The notes: generated by a model from the sequence alone, not told the origin. A stretch of DNA of 64,000 nt from Arenicellales bacterium (GCA_963422685.1 OY730442.1:1327085-1391084), one strand, 5' to 3'; shown: positions 18,487 through 31,438, counted from the stretch's first letter. Numbers and translations: made by a program.

Positions 18487-19956
18487 TCAGTTAACAGAAC
18501 CTTCGAGAATTTGGAGTGTTTTGAGGTCACTGTGAAAATCCAGAGCGTAGTGGCCTCCTTCTCTGCCAATCCCGCTAATTCCGTATCCACCAAATGGTGC
18601 AGAAAGATCACGAACCAGAAACGAGTTCACCCAGACTGTGCCAGCCCGCACCGCCCGTCCCACTCTTTCCGCTCGCTCGGCATTTGACGTATAAATAATC
18701 CCGGAAAGGCCATATTCGGTGCTGTTCGCCAAACTAACACCTTCGGACTCTTCATCAAATGTTTGTAAGGTCAGAACAGGTCCAAAAATTTCTCGTTGCA
18801 CCACTTCAGAATCGTTCGAAACTGACTCGATCAATGTAGGTTTGTACCATAGTTTTTCTGACCAAAATCGTTCTCCACCGAATACCAGGCGACCGCCATT
18901 TTGCTTCGCCCTCCCAACAAATCCTTCCACTCGCTCAAGATGCTGCGGATGGATGGCTGCGCACAGGGTAGTGTCTGCATTGCGACTATCTCCAGCGATA
19001 TGTTGATCAGTGTGATAAATAAGTCGATCCAGAAATTCTGCCCTGATTGAAGATTCCACGAGTAATCGTGTACCGGCAAGACACACTTGACCTGAATCCT
19101 CAAATTGCCCTGCCGCCCTTTTGGCTGCAGCATCGATATCGGCATCGGCAAACACGATGAGCGGGCCCTTACCACCAAGTTCTGCGGTAAATGGGACAAT
19201 ATTCTGTGCTGCAGACATCCCAATATGCCTCGCTGTCTGCGGCGAACCAGTAAAAGATATACGACGTATACGGGGATCTGATGCCAGTGCAGCGCCCACT
19301 TCAGCTCCATATCCCTGCACCACATTAAAAGCGCCTGGGGGAAATCCGGCTTCGTTAATCAGGTCTGCAAGTAAACTTGCGGAAAGTGGAGACCATTCAG
19401 CAGGTTTCAGGATTACCGAGTTTCCGGCCGCCAGTGCTGGAGCCAGCTTCCAGGTTGACAGCATAAATGGCGCATTCCAGGGAGTTATGATCACTGCGGG
19501 CCCGGCAGGGTCGCGGATTACCCGGTTGACCGTACCCTTTGAACTCCAGCAACGTTCTGAGTATTGCGCTACTAATTCAGCATAATTTCTGAAGTTGAGC
19601 GCACCTCGCGGTACCAGACGAAGTCGTAAACTTTCCAGCAACATTGCCATATCAAGGCATTCGACTAATGCAATATCTTCAGCATTGGCGTCAATCAGAT
19701 TGGCCAATTTAAATAGCGTATCAATTCGCTCTTGTTGGCTCACGCCAGACCAATCCTTAAATCCGCGAGTTGCGGCAGTGACAGCAAGATCGGCTGTTTC
19801 AGCATCGCCTCGAGATACATCTGCCAACTTCATATCCCAGTCCATAGGTGATCGCACCTCGAAACTTTCATCTGACAGAACCCGTTCACCACCTATAAAG
19901 TGCCCCGGGGATACCGACACGCCGTGAACGTCGATTCGGTCTGATTGAATTGTCAT
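18487..19956 (-). CDS. NAD(P)-dependent aldehyde dehydrogenase (hydroxymuconic-semialdehyde / CHMS dehydrogenase-like)
   Basis: 489 aa with FTAELGGKGP and catalytic Cys in DSGQVCLAGTRLLVE. Confidence 0.85.
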   Translation of the reverse strand: MTIQSDRIDVHGVSVSPGHFIGGERVLSDESFEVRSPMDWDMKLADVSRGDAETADLAVTAATRGFKDWSGVSQQERIDTLFKLANLIDANAEDIALVECLDMAMLLESLRLRLVPRGALNFRNYAELVAQYSERCWSSKGTVNRVIRDPAGPAVIITPWNAPFMLSTWKLAPALAAGNSVILKPAEWSPLSASLLADLINEAGFPPGAFNVVQGYGAEVGAALASDPRIRRISFTGSPQTARHIGMSAAQNIVPFTAELGGKGPLIVFADADIDAAAKRAAGQFEDSGQVCLAGTRLLVESSIRAEFLDRLIYHTDQHIAGDSRNADTTLCAAIHPQHLERVEGFVGRAKQNGGRLVFGGERFWSEKLWYKPTLIESVSNDSEVVQREIFGPVLTLQTFDEESEGVSLANSTEYGLSGIIYTSNAERAERVGRAVRAGTVWVNSFLVRDLSAPFGGYGISGIGREGGHYALDFHSDLKTLQILEGSVN

Positions 19957-20099
19957 AATAACAATTGAACTTTGAGTCTGATTTGGAGAATGCGATGAAT
20001 ATTGTTTGGTTGCAAACGATTTATTCCGATGATAAGCTTCTGTGATAAAAAGTCAATTGCAACAACTCAAATTCTAAACCATGGGAGATTCTTTGAAAC

Positions 20100-20972
20100 A
20101 TGGGTGATATCCTGGGCGCAGGTTTTCTGTCTCATGCACCAACTATCATGTTCCCGCAAGAACTTCGGTATGCAATTAATGCGGGCCGTGAAATCAGTTT
20201 AGTACCGGGGTTGAACAGGCTGCGCACCGAAGTTCTAAACGTCTTGAACCCTGATGTTGTGCTGTTGTTCGACACGCACTGGTTTACAACAGTCGAATTT
20301 GTCATAACCTCACATGCTCGCAGAAACGGAATCTACACTTCGGAAGAGCTTCCTCGAGGCATGGCACAGATTCCCTATGATATGAAAGGTGACCCCGCGT
20401 TTGCGAAATTGGTATGCGACCAGGTCAACACCAGCGGGGTTCGTTGTCATGCAAGCGAAGACCCGTGTCTGCCGATCCACTACCCGACTATCAACATTGC
20501 CCACTATATTAATGCTGGTGAATCCTGGGTTTCTATGGGGATTTGCCAAACGGCGCAAGACCACAATTTTCTCACTGTTGGTAAAAGCATAGCCGAGGCG
20601 ATAAAGCAATCAGACAAGCGTATCGTATTAGTCGCCAGCGGCGGAATGAGCCATCGATTCTGGCCGCTTGACCAGCTTGAACAACATGAAACCTCAGATC
20701 CAGAGCACATTTTTACCTTGGAGGCCCGCGCCGCTGACGAGCAGCGTCTGAAGTGGTGGCAAGCCGGCAAACACGCATCCGTTATAGATACTATGCACGA
20801 ATACCGCCAATACGGCCCTGAAGGCAAGTTCGGCCACTATCTAATGATGATCGGTGCACTGGGCGGCAGAGACTGCACAGCCAGGGGCAGGCTATTCAGT
20901 GAATATGAAAATGCTACGGGGACCGGGCAGGTTCATGTCTGGTTTGACCAGCCTGAAAATGGGTGGATATAG
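20100..20972 (+). CDS. LigB-type (class III) extradiol dioxygenase, homoprotocatechuate 2,3-dioxygenase (HpaD/HpcB)-like
   Basis: FDTHWF, IYTSEELP, LVASGGMSHRFWP, and ATGTGQVHVWF parallel E. coli HpcB (FDTHWL, VYTSNELP, LASGSLSHRF, SSGTGQVNAVF). Confidence 0.8.
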   Translation: MGDILGAGFLSHAPTIMFPQELRYAINAGREISLVPGLNRLRTEVLNVLNPDVVLLFDTHWFTTVEFVITSHARRNGIYTSEELPRGMAQIPYDMKGDPAFAKLVCDQVNTSGVRCHASEDPCLPIHYPTINIAHYINAGESWVSMGICQTAQDHNFLTVGKSIAEAIKQSDKRIVLVASGGMSHRFWPLDQLEQHETSDPEHIFTLEARAADEQRLKWWQAGKHASVIDTMHEYRQYGPEGKFGHYLMMIGALGGRDCTARGRLFSEYENATGTGQVHVWFDQPENGWI

Positions 20973-21042
20973 AATTGGAAACAAAATTATCAAGCTAATA
21001 TTTTTACTTCATCAACGTCGTATATAAACCATTGGAGATATC

Positions 21043-21975
21043 ATGAAAAAGCGACTACTAACTTTATTTGTCAGCCTTGTGATGCTCGTGCCGGCGGCAC
21101 AGGCACAATACCCTGAAAAACCGGTTTCCTTCGTGGTTCCCTGGCCGCCAGGAGATCTTGAAGATGTAATTACACGAATGATTGCAGAAGAGTTTCAGGA
21201 AACTTACGGTGTCGCAGCCGCGGTTGTTAATAAACCTGGCGGTGGCGGAGGCCCATTCCCGGGAGCTGTTGAGGTGGCCAATGCGCCAGCAGATGGCTAC
21301 ACCGTAGGATCTTTCATCATCGCAGTACCGACAATTGGACCAAATATCGGTATCCCGGAGTTAAACCCAAATCCGTTCGAGCCTCTCGGTAATTTCCTGA
21401 CCTATCCATTCGTTATTGCCGCTGGCGCAAATGCTCCTTACGAGGATATCCAAGGCCTGGCAAACCATGCCCAAAACAATGATGTAGCACTTGGACATTT
21501 TGGTGCACCTTTGATACCAACACGGGTGACAATGGCACTAGCCAAAAAAATGGGATTTAACTTCGACTCTGACGCGGCGTTTGATGTGCTGGATTGCAAT
21601 TCCCTGGCATCTGGCGATGTAGATGTCATAAACACTACGTTACAACTGATCCTGCCCTGCCTGGATAAGGTTAAAATTCTTGCCTCAGTCGGAGCTGAAC
21701 GTATTGGTTTGACACCAGACGTTCCAACAGTCACGGAAATTGTACCTGAGTTAAATATCGCTTTATGGAATGGATTATTTGTGCATAAAGACACCCCTTC
21801 TGACGCGCGAGAAAAAATCATTGCTATAGCCAAGAAAGTGGCTTTATCAGATGCGGCAAAAAAACTGGCCAGCGAAACTGGCGCACTGATCTATTGGCAG
21901 GATGTAGATGCCGCGAACGCGCAGATCAAAAGCGATATTGAGGCTTTGGGCCACCTCAACAAGATACTTGAATAA
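21043..21975 (+). CDS. tctC: tripartite tricarboxylate transporter substrate-binding protein (TctC/Bug family)
   Basis: Signal peptide followed by YPEKPVSFVVPWPPGDLEDV. 310 aa. Confidence 0.85.
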   Translation: MKKRLLTLFVSLVMLVPAAQAQYPEKPVSFVVPWPPGDLEDVITRMIAEEFQETYGVAAAVVNKPGGGGGPFPGAVEVANAPADGYTVGSFIIAVPTIGPNIGIPELNPNPFEPLGNFLTYPFVIAAGANAPYEDIQGLANHAQNNDVALGHFGAPLIPTRVTMALAKKMGFNFDSDAAFDVLDCNSLASGDVDVINTTLQLILPCLDKVKILASVGAERIGLTPDVPTVTEIVPELNIALWNGLFVHKDTPSDAREKIIAIAKKVALSDAAKKLASETGALIYWQDVDAANAQIKSDIEALGHLNKILE

Positions 21976-21991
21976 GCCTGGCTGCCCAAAC

Positions 21992-22017
21992 AAAGCGGGG
22001 CGATATCGCCCCGCTTT
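21992..22017 (+). terminator. perfect 12-bp-arm palindrome AAAGCGGGGCGA/TCGCCCCGCTTT after tctC
   Basis: GC-rich hairpin 17 nt after the tctC stop, between tctC and tctB. Likely an attenuator/terminator that raises the SBP:permease ratio. Confidence 0.55.
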
Positions 22018-22076
22018 AGTTATTGCTATCGGAAATATTTATTTGCGAATAGATTTTCCAGCAGAATTTAGATTCG

Positions 22077-22598
22077 ATGAAATCTTTTTTTGAACGCGAA
22101 CGGCGCCCAGGCGATTTTATTTTCGCTTTATTGTTTTTGGTTTTTTCAGCATTTCTACTTTCGCAGATTGGCAGCGAAACCAAATGGATAAAAGGGACGA
22201 AATTGTTCGCGCAACCCCCGTTCTGGCCCGCAGTTGGCCTGGCCGGTATGGTCTTATTTGCTACTGGACACTTTCTTGGGTCAATTTACTCTCGCAAATC
22301 CGATGGAAGGGGTTCCGAAATTCTGCTGTGGTGCAGATCACTTGAGTATGCAGCCTGGTTTATGGTTTATGTTTGGCTTGTACCCAAAGCAGGATACTTG
22401 CCAACAACAATTATATTTACACTTTTCCTGACATATCGTACAGGATACCGCAAAAGGCTAATGTTCTTTTCTGCATTGTTAGTGGCAATTGCGATTGTAG
22501 TCGTATTCAAAAGCCTGCTATCGGTCAAAATACCAGGCGCGCAGTTATATGAATACCTGCCTGACGGAATCCGAAATTTTATGCTGCTATATCTGTAG
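22077..22598 (+). CDS. tctB: tripartite tricarboxylate transporter small membrane subunit (TctB-like)
   Basis: 173 aa, four hydrophobic segments, located between tctC and tctA. Confidence 0.7.
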   Translation: MKSFFERERRPGDFIFALLFLVFSAFLLSQIGSETKWIKGTKLFAQPPFWPAVGLAGMVLFATGHFLGSIYSRKSDGRGSEILLWCRSLEYAAWFMVYVWLVPKAGYLPTTIIFTLFLTYRTGYRKRLMFFSALLVAIAIVVVFKSLLSVKIPGAQLYEYLPDGIRNFMLLYL

Positions 22599-22604
22599 AG
22601 CATC

Positions 22605-24098
22605 ATGCCGGAACTACTGCTTTCTTCAGTACAGTTATTAATGCGATGGGATGTCGTCGTTGCTCTCATAATCGGTTCCGTTGGTGGCGTCATCATCGGC
22701 GTGATACCAGGAGTTGGTGCGGCCGTGGCTATTGCCATCTTGTTACCGGCAACGTTTTCGCTTGATCCCATTGTCGGCCTTACCATATTACTCGGTATTT
22801 ATGGTTCGTCCATGTATAGCGGCGCAATTCCGGCAATCCTGATAAACACACCAGGGACTGCGGTTAATGCGCTAACGACCTACGACGGCTATCCGATGGC
22901 GCGTGATGGCAACCCTCGTCGCGCTCTTTCCTTAGCCTATTCTGCATCATTTTTTGGAGGCGTGTTTTCTGTCATTTGCCTAATACTTTTGTCACAAATA
23001 CTGGCAGTAATTGCCCCGCATTTTGGTAGCCGGGAAATATTTCTGGCGGCACTGTTGGGAATGATTTTGGTGGTTCTAGCTCACCGTGGCCAAGTTTTCG
23101 CCGCTGGAATGATGGCCTCCTTCGGAATTTTCCTGAACACTGTTGGATTAGAGCCAATCAAGTACACACGGCGATATACATTTGATCAAACCTGGCTCAC
23201 GTCAGGAGTTGATCTCATAGTAGTAGTACTTGGATTATTCGCTTTATCCCAGGCTTTCTTGCTTCTGGTGCAACAAGACGAAAGACCAAAGCCGGCCAAA
23301 GTTTCAGGCTCAATGCTTGAGGGATTGAAAGAACTGGCTTTATTTAAGCGAGTCGCAGCAGTCTCCTCATCTTTTGGCGTGATGATGGGAATGATACCGG
23401 GTGTTGGAGAATTTACCGCCCAATTTCTTTCTTACACCTATGCACAAAAGACATCCAGGAATCCGGAGAAGTTCGGCAAAGGCTCACCTGAAGGGCTGAT
23501 AGCATCAGAGGCAACCAACAACGCCGTACCAGGAGCAGCAATGATTCCATTGTTAGCCCTGGGTATTCCGGGTGAAGCACTGACCGCTATGATGCTATCC
23601 GTGTTTTATGTACATAACGTCATCCCCGGGCCCCAGCTTTTTGTCAATCAAATGGATTTCGTGATGGCACTATATATATCGCTGTTTTTGCTTAATATAA
23701 TCGTACTTATATTCTTATTGTTTGCGACCAATGGAATATTGAAGATCACTCGTATACCTACACGGTTTCTCGGGATGATGATCCTCGTGCTGGGATTTGT
23801 TGGCGTCTACTCCTTGCGCAATTCAATAACGGACTGCGCCATCGCGGCTGCTTTCGGCATCTTTGGCCTCATCGCAAAACGACTGCAACTACCCATAGTG
23901 CCCATAGTCCTGGGCATGGTTCTTGGAGGGATTATGGAAACAAAGCTTCGTTCATCCATGGCACGAGTTAAATCACCGTTAGATTTTGTCGATCGTCCTA
24001 TCTCAGCCATCATATTCTGTCTAATAATTCTAGTTATTGCTGTCCATGTATACACCTATACACGCACTTTAAACAAAAAAAGAGACTTATACGACTAA
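22605..24098 (+). CDS. tctA: tripartite tricarboxylate transporter large permease (TctA)
   Basis: 497 aa polytopic protein with GVIPGVGAAVAIAILLP and GMIPGVGEFTAQFLSY motifs. Confidence 0.85.
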   Translation: MPELLLSSVQLLMRWDVVVALIIGSVGGVIIGVIPGVGAAVAIAILLPATFSLDPIVGLTILLGIYGSSMYSGAIPAILINTPGTAVNALTTYDGYPMARDGNPRRALSLAYSASFFGGVFSVICLILLSQILAVIAPHFGSREIFLAALLGMILVVLAHRGQVFAAGMMASFGIFLNTVGLEPIKYTRRYTFDQTWLTSGVDLIVVVLGLFALSQAFLLLVQQDERPKPAKVSGSMLEGLKELALFKRVAAVSSSFGVMMGMIPGVGEFTAQFLSYTYAQKTSRNPEKFGKGSPEGLIASEATNNAVPGAAMIPLLALGIPGEALTAMMLSVFYVHNVIPGPQLFVNQMDFVMALYISLFLLNIIVLIFLLFATNGILKITRIPTRFLGMMILVLGFVGVYSLRNSITDCAIAAAFGIFGLIAKRLQLPIVPIVLGMVLGGIMETKLRSSMARVKSPLDFVDRPISAIIFCLIILVIAVHVYTYTRTLNKKRDLYD

Positions 24099-24461
24099 CT
24101 CCAGGATAGCTCATGCCAGGGCCGACTACAGACAGACAAATTCCGTACCTTCAAGAGATTAGGCGGGTGGCGGGGGACGACGATCCTATGAAGGCGCTGG
24201 AGATGTTCGTGGGAAGGATGGTTCAGACGGACCTAAGGAGAGAAGCGACAAGAACCGTCAGCAACCACGGGGCAAGATGGGGTTGGTTGAGAAGATGATT
24301 ACGACATCTGATTTCCGTCTTGCAACGGGGAACCACTGTGCCGGAGGATTGATTTTCCCCGATTCTCGTAGCAATTGCACAAATAACACTTCAACCTCTA
24401 CTTTTAGCTTTAGTTAAAAATAAGGAGATTACCGGAAGCTCGCCGCGTTTTCAGGATACAT

Positions 24462-25601
24462 TTAATAATATTCTCTGTTATAAAGTATTTCTATGATCGT
24501 ATTTTTATTCTCTGCCGGATCATAAACTGGGGTAGACACAGCCTTTGCCTTCCCGCCAAAGCCTCCTGCCAACTCCAGTTCATTGCCGGGCCTGGAGTGT
24601 TTCCGATTAATACGAGCCAAACCGAGAAATCTTCCTTCCAGATAAAGGGATAAAACTGCCATAGTCACATGTCCAATCTCTTTCCCGGAACTATATAATG
24701 GCAGCCCGTCAAACTCACTCTCACCCTCACTCGGCAGAATGATACTGATTAGGGTACGGGTGGCGTTATCCTTGGCGATTTCCAACGAAGATCTTCCCTG
24801 GAAATTAGTTTTGGAAAGATCAACGGCCCATCCCATCCTGCATTCATAAGAGGTCATGGTGTGATCGTATTCCAGTTCCGCCATAATCATTCCAGACTCT
24901 ATACGGCACATCATAACTGCTGCAGCCCCAAGCGGGAAGTAATCCATCGGGTGTGACCACCGCAAACAGCTCATCCCAAAAAAGCTTCGATTTACTTGCA
25001 GGCACTGGAATTTCGTATCCAAGCTCACCAGTAAATCCCAGACGACTTACTTGTACCGAAGTTCCAGCCATATATACATTTTCAATAAACCAATAGTATG
25101 GAAGAGAATCGTTTGATAAATCCTGTTTGGTTAGTTTTTGTAGAATTTCTCTACTTTTAGGTCCTTGTACTGATAGCTGAGCTAACTCTTCTCTCTTTTG
25201 AGCAACCGACACATTTTCTGGTCGGTGATTGTCAAGGTAATCACCTACTTGGGGATTACCCCCGAATATACGAACGTGTTCGGGGCCATGAAAAAAAACA
25301 GTGCAGTCATCAACCATCATCACTTCTTGATCGACCACAACGCCATAAACAATTTAACCTGGTTCAAGAAGGCTAATGTCTCTGAAAAAAATACTATTTA
25401 TGGTTTTCACTGCTTTGGCCTGCAATGTCCCGCTTCAACAACATCGAAAACTCCATCACTGCCACCGCACTACGAACAGCCGAGTATTCTTCCTCTGGAT
25501 CACCCCATGTCAGAAGGGGCGCATCCAGGCACGTCGATCCATTCCACCACCCCGTCGGGATATGCGGCTGCAAAAGGTGTCTGTTTAAGGTTTTGATCCA
25601 T
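24462..25601 (-). pseudogene. aminomethyltransferase (GcvT/DmdA-like, folate-binding) with several frameshifts
   Basis: N-terminus MDQNLKQTPFAAAYPDGVVEW... and EEEYSAVRSAVAVMEFS lie in different frames. Middle: LSVQGPKSREILQKL...RLGFTGELGYEI. C-terminal part: ...GHVTMAVLSLYLEGRFLGLARI... is in a third frame. Confidence 0.7.
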
Positions 25602-25631
25602 TACCGGGTCCTCACAATCTGTGTTCACAGG

Positions 25632-27805
<2,174 letters not shown>

Positions 27806-28264
27806 TTATCCGTCAAGTGACGGGGTTGTCAAAAGTATATCTAATGCCCGGATACCTATATTTGCTAACCCAGGACGACCTGCGAATGCCAGCCAAAACA
27901 CTGACTCTAAATAAACAACCAAAAACGACAAGGGAGCGCAAGGAATGATGCTTTTTATTGGATACGGAAAAAAGTACCCTGTAAACACACTGGGGGCCAG
28001 AAGATGAAGTTATTTCTTTTTGCAGTAAACTCGCAGTGCCCGGCGACCTGTTTTGAGGAACCTGTGTTATTGAAAAACAGCGCTTACATATTTGTCATGT
28101 TGCGTGTTTCAGTCTCACACGATCAATACTATGCGACCCATCGCGAAATTTGATTTTGTTGAAGCAGGTCTGCCAACAGACAGCCCACATAAAATACATA
28201 CTTTAAAAGACTCGGAATTCAACTTTAATTAACTACTATCACTTAAATATTTGATATATCAATA

Positions 28265-29851
28265 ATGCGTGAGACTCCCAATATTCTGTTTATCATGTGT
28301 GACCAGTTGAGGCAAGATTATCTATCCTGTTATGGTCACAAATCACTTGTAACGCCAAATATCGACAACTTGGCCAAGCGGGGGGTGCGGTTCGACAACG
28401 CATATTGTCAGGCTCCGTTATGCGCACCATCCCGCGCAAGTTTCTACACTGGCCGTTACCAGTCGAGCCATGGTGTAATGGGCAATGATGACGCTACCCA
28501 ACTTGGCGAGCAAATGCTTGCTGACTACCTAAAACCTCTTGGCTATCGAACTGCGGTGGTTGGGAAAACACATAACTACAAAAATGAAACACATATGGAG
28601 GCAACAGGAATCAACCCTGGTTCAACCTATGCAAAGGCGGCAGCGTGTGGTGGATTCGAACCCTTTGAAAAACATGAAGGGTTGTATCCCGACCAAATAC
28701 TGCCCGCAAACCAGGGTTATTCCGCTTATCTGCGGTCTGCAGGCTATGACGACGAGAATCCCTGGAACAGTCGCGCAAACAGCAGTATTGATAAAGATGG
28801 AAATCTACATTCGGGATGGTACCTTCGCAGCTCCGCTTTTCCAGCAGCGATTCCAGAAAAACATTCAGAAACCGCATTCAGTACACGACGCGCCATGGAG
28901 TTTATCGAGTCCACGGGTGACCAGCCATGGTGTCTGCATTTGAGTTACATCAAACCCCATTGGCCAATAATCACGCCAGAGCCGTATCACAGCATGTATG
29001 GAATCGCCGATATTCAACCTGTTATTCAGGCTGGAATTGAACGCCAGAATACGCACCCTGTTGTAGACGCGTTTATGCAACAAGAGTACAGCGCATCATA
29101 TTCCAGAGCTGAAGTGCGTGACGTGGTTATCCCTGCCTATATGGGATTGGTAAAACAGCTTGACGATCATATTGGACAATTGATTGCCTTCCTGGTGTCT
29201 CGAGGTATTTTACAAAACACGATGATTGTATTTACCTCAGACCACGGGGACTATCTAGGTGATCATTGGCTTGGCGAAAAAGATTTATTTCACAATCCAT
29301 CGGTAAAAATCCCTTTTATTGTCGTAGACCCAAGCGATGCAGCCGATTCATCCCGCAACACTTCGAGGGATGATTTAGTGGAAGCTGTGGACCTTGTTCC
29401 GACATTTGTTGAGTTTGCAGGTGGAACCATATCCAAAGAACGGCTGGAGGGGCGCTCGCTATTACCCTTGATAAGATCGTCTGATTCTTTGGAAAGCTGG
29501 CGCGAATACGCGATAAGCGAAATTGATTACTCTGATCGTGGAGCAAGGGCAATTCTTGGTATTGAACCCCTTCAATGCAGGGCCATTATGATTGCAAGCA
29601 AAAACTGGAAATTCATTTACTACTACGGATATCGTCCGCAGCTATTTGATCTCAATAACGACCCAAACGAGATCAATGACCTCGGGGAAGCCCCGAGTCT
29701 TGAGTTGGTACGAAACCAAATGATGGATGCAATATATCATTGGCAATTCAATCTGAAACGTCGGCTTGGTCTTGAATACACCTATCTCGAAGGACAGGGT
29801 CCGCAACGAGATGAAGAATATGGAATCATAATTGGACGCTGGCAGCCCTGA
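28265..29851 (+). CDS. sulfatase (formylglycine-dependent, choline-sulfatase/arylsulfatase family)
   Basis: 528 aa with NILFIMCDQLR, PLCAPSRASFYTGRY (C-x-P-x-R), and FTSDHGDYLGDH. Confidence 0.85.
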   Translation: MRETPNILFIMCDQLRQDYLSCYGHKSLVTPNIDNLAKRGVRFDNAYCQAPLCAPSRASFYTGRYQSSHGVMGNDDATQLGEQMLADYLKPLGYRTAVVGKTHNYKNETHMEATGINPGSTYAKAAACGGFEPFEKHEGLYPDQILPANQGYSAYLRSAGYDDENPWNSRANSSIDKDGNLHSGWYLRSSAFPAAIPEKHSETAFSTRRAMEFIESTGDQPWCLHLSYIKPHWPIITPEPYHSMYGIADIQPVIQAGIERQNTHPVVDAFMQQEYSASYSRAEVRDVVIPAYMGLVKQLDDHIGQLIAFLVSRGILQNTMIVFTSDHGDYLGDHWLGEKDLFHNPSVKIPFIVVDPSDAADSSRNTSRDDLVEAVDLVPTFVEFAGGTISKERLEGRSLLPLIRSSDSLESWREYAISEIDYSDRGARAILGIEPLQCRAIMIASKNWKFIYYYGYRPQLFDLNNDPNEINDLGEAPSLELVRNQMMDAIYHWQFNLKRRLGLEYTYLEGQGPQRDEEYGIIIGRWQP

Positions 29852-30088
29852 AACTTAAACCGTCAATGAGAAATAAAAAATACCTGGTAATGATCCAAAA
29901 TGTTATCAAACATTGTTCTGATTGGTTATCTTATGCACCAACATCCGCATTTGTACGTTATAGCCAACCATTCCCGTTCCTCATTGATCGCATAGAATAA
30001 AAATCCCATCTAAACTGTGGTACTAATTTGGAGGAAAGATGAAAACCTGGGCGTTAACCACCAGCAGTCACTCCATATTCAAGATCGG

Positions 30089-31417
30089 TTATTCCTTTTG
30101 AGAGCAGGGGCCTGGTGTCGGTTCGTCTTCTTTACCACTTTGCAAACGCCTTTGCGTACCCTCCATCTGAGCAGTATTGACCTCGACTGTATTCCTTTTG
30201 AAAAACTCTTCCAGTCTCAATCCACGTGATCGTGGGACTATTCGGCCCAGCGCCGACATCCCGTCCCATCGAGCTTTGGCATACATCTTCTTTTGTATTA
30301 AGTGCGGTTGCATTACATCAAACCAGCGCGCTTCTCTTTTGTGCTCTATCGTCACATAACCCGCTTTGACGGCGGCCGAGACCAAATCCTTGCCGGCAGA
30401 AGTACGAACAATCACTGCGTTTGTACCCTTGTCGATTTTCGAAAACTCAGGGTCCGGAGCACAATCGACCCATTGGTCGCCCGCCATAATATCAGCCCCT
30501 TCGCCAGCTCCGTCCGGGCATATCTTGCACCGGAATGGTATTTTCCAGGACTCTTCCGCGGTAGCATCAGGGTCATATCCATAGGGTTCCCAGGATGAAG
30601 ACCTATAGTATTTTCCGTCCCTGGTTTTAAATTCTGTGTCACCGGGACAACCATCCCCACGGTATTTAAACCACGAAATTTCCTGTCTACAGGTGTCTTT
30701 TGAATTCAGATAAACATCCATTTGCGGGGGCGGTATGCTCCCTCCACATGTTGGTGCGAGCCAATATTTGATCAACTCGTTTACACGCGGATCATAATCC
30801 GCCAGGTTTCGCAGCGCCGAAATATCGCAAGGCTTGCCAACCAAGGCAAAATGCTGCCCTTGATCCAGGATTGCGTGAATGTTGCGCAAAGAAGCAGTTG
30901 GCCCATAGATTGATCCGGTGCCTGCCAATACATCATCTGATGTGAAGCTGACCTGGGCCTCACCGAATGTCGCGTCCTTGCTGGAGGGTTTGGCATGAAG
31001 AATAAAGGATACTCGTTGAGTGTCAACGAGAAACCGGGACAAAGCGGTTAGTACACCGCCTGTGGCCGCAGACACTCTCATGTTTTGATCGCTCGCATGA
31101 GCGCTGGCCAAAAACCTGTACGGGCCCCAGATCGGATCCACGATTGTCTCTTCATCCAACCACTCTTGCGGCATAGTGTCCTGGCGCAGGCCCGGACACA
31201 CAGCATAGATATGATCCACCGTTTCCTGCGTCAGGGCACCCACAACATGGGGACGTTGATAGTTCAACTGCGATGTTTTCATCTCAATCACATCTTTGCC
31301 CGCAATGCTTTCACATAGGCCACAACCGACACACATACCTTCCTCAACTATGCGATACAGCCGCTCCAGTGGCACAGCAACAGATTTTCGACTCGCAGTG
31401 GAGGCAGTTGTAGTCAT
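30089..31417 (-). CDS. FrhB/FdhB-like (coenzyme F420 hydrogenase/dehydrogenase beta subunit family) Fe-S flavoprotein
   Basis: 442 aa. N-terminal ferredoxin-like CVGCGLCESIAG. Overall pattern (GKPCDISALRN, CKICPDGAGEGADI) recalls the family. Confidence 0.6.
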   Translation of the reverse strand: MTTTASTASRKSVAVPLERLYRIVEEGMCVGCGLCESIAGKDVIEMKTSQLNYQRPHVVGALTQETVDHIYAVCPGLRQDTMPQEWLDEETIVDPIWGPYRFLASAHASDQNMRVSAATGGVLTALSRFLVDTQRVSFILHAKPSSKDATFGEAQVSFTSDDVLAGTGSIYGPTASLRNIHAILDQGQHFALVGKPCDISALRNLADYDPRVNELIKYWLAPTCGGSIPPPQMDVYLNSKDTCRQEISWFKYRGDGCPGDTEFKTRDGKYYRSSSWEPYGYDPDATAEESWKIPFRCKICPDGAGEGADIMAGDQWVDCAPDPEFSKIDKGTNAVIVRTSAGKDLVSAAVKAGYVTIEHKREARWFDVMQPHLIQKKMYAKARWDGMSALGRIVPRSRGLRLEEFFKRNTVEVNTAQMEGTQRRLQSGKEDEPTPGPCSQKE

Positions 31418-31438
31418 TCCAGGTGATAGAGAACTTCT

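Noticed and set aside
24099-24461. SRP RNA or cobalamin riboswitch in the purine-rich spacer
   Set aside because: Only short resemblances were found: GGTTCAGACGGACCTAAGGAGAGAAGC versus the SRP GGTCAGGTCCGGAAGGAAGCAGCC, and isolated GGGAAGG and CCACTG strings. The GGAA tetraloop context and the B12-box order are wrong, and there is no downstream gene on the plus strand to regulate.
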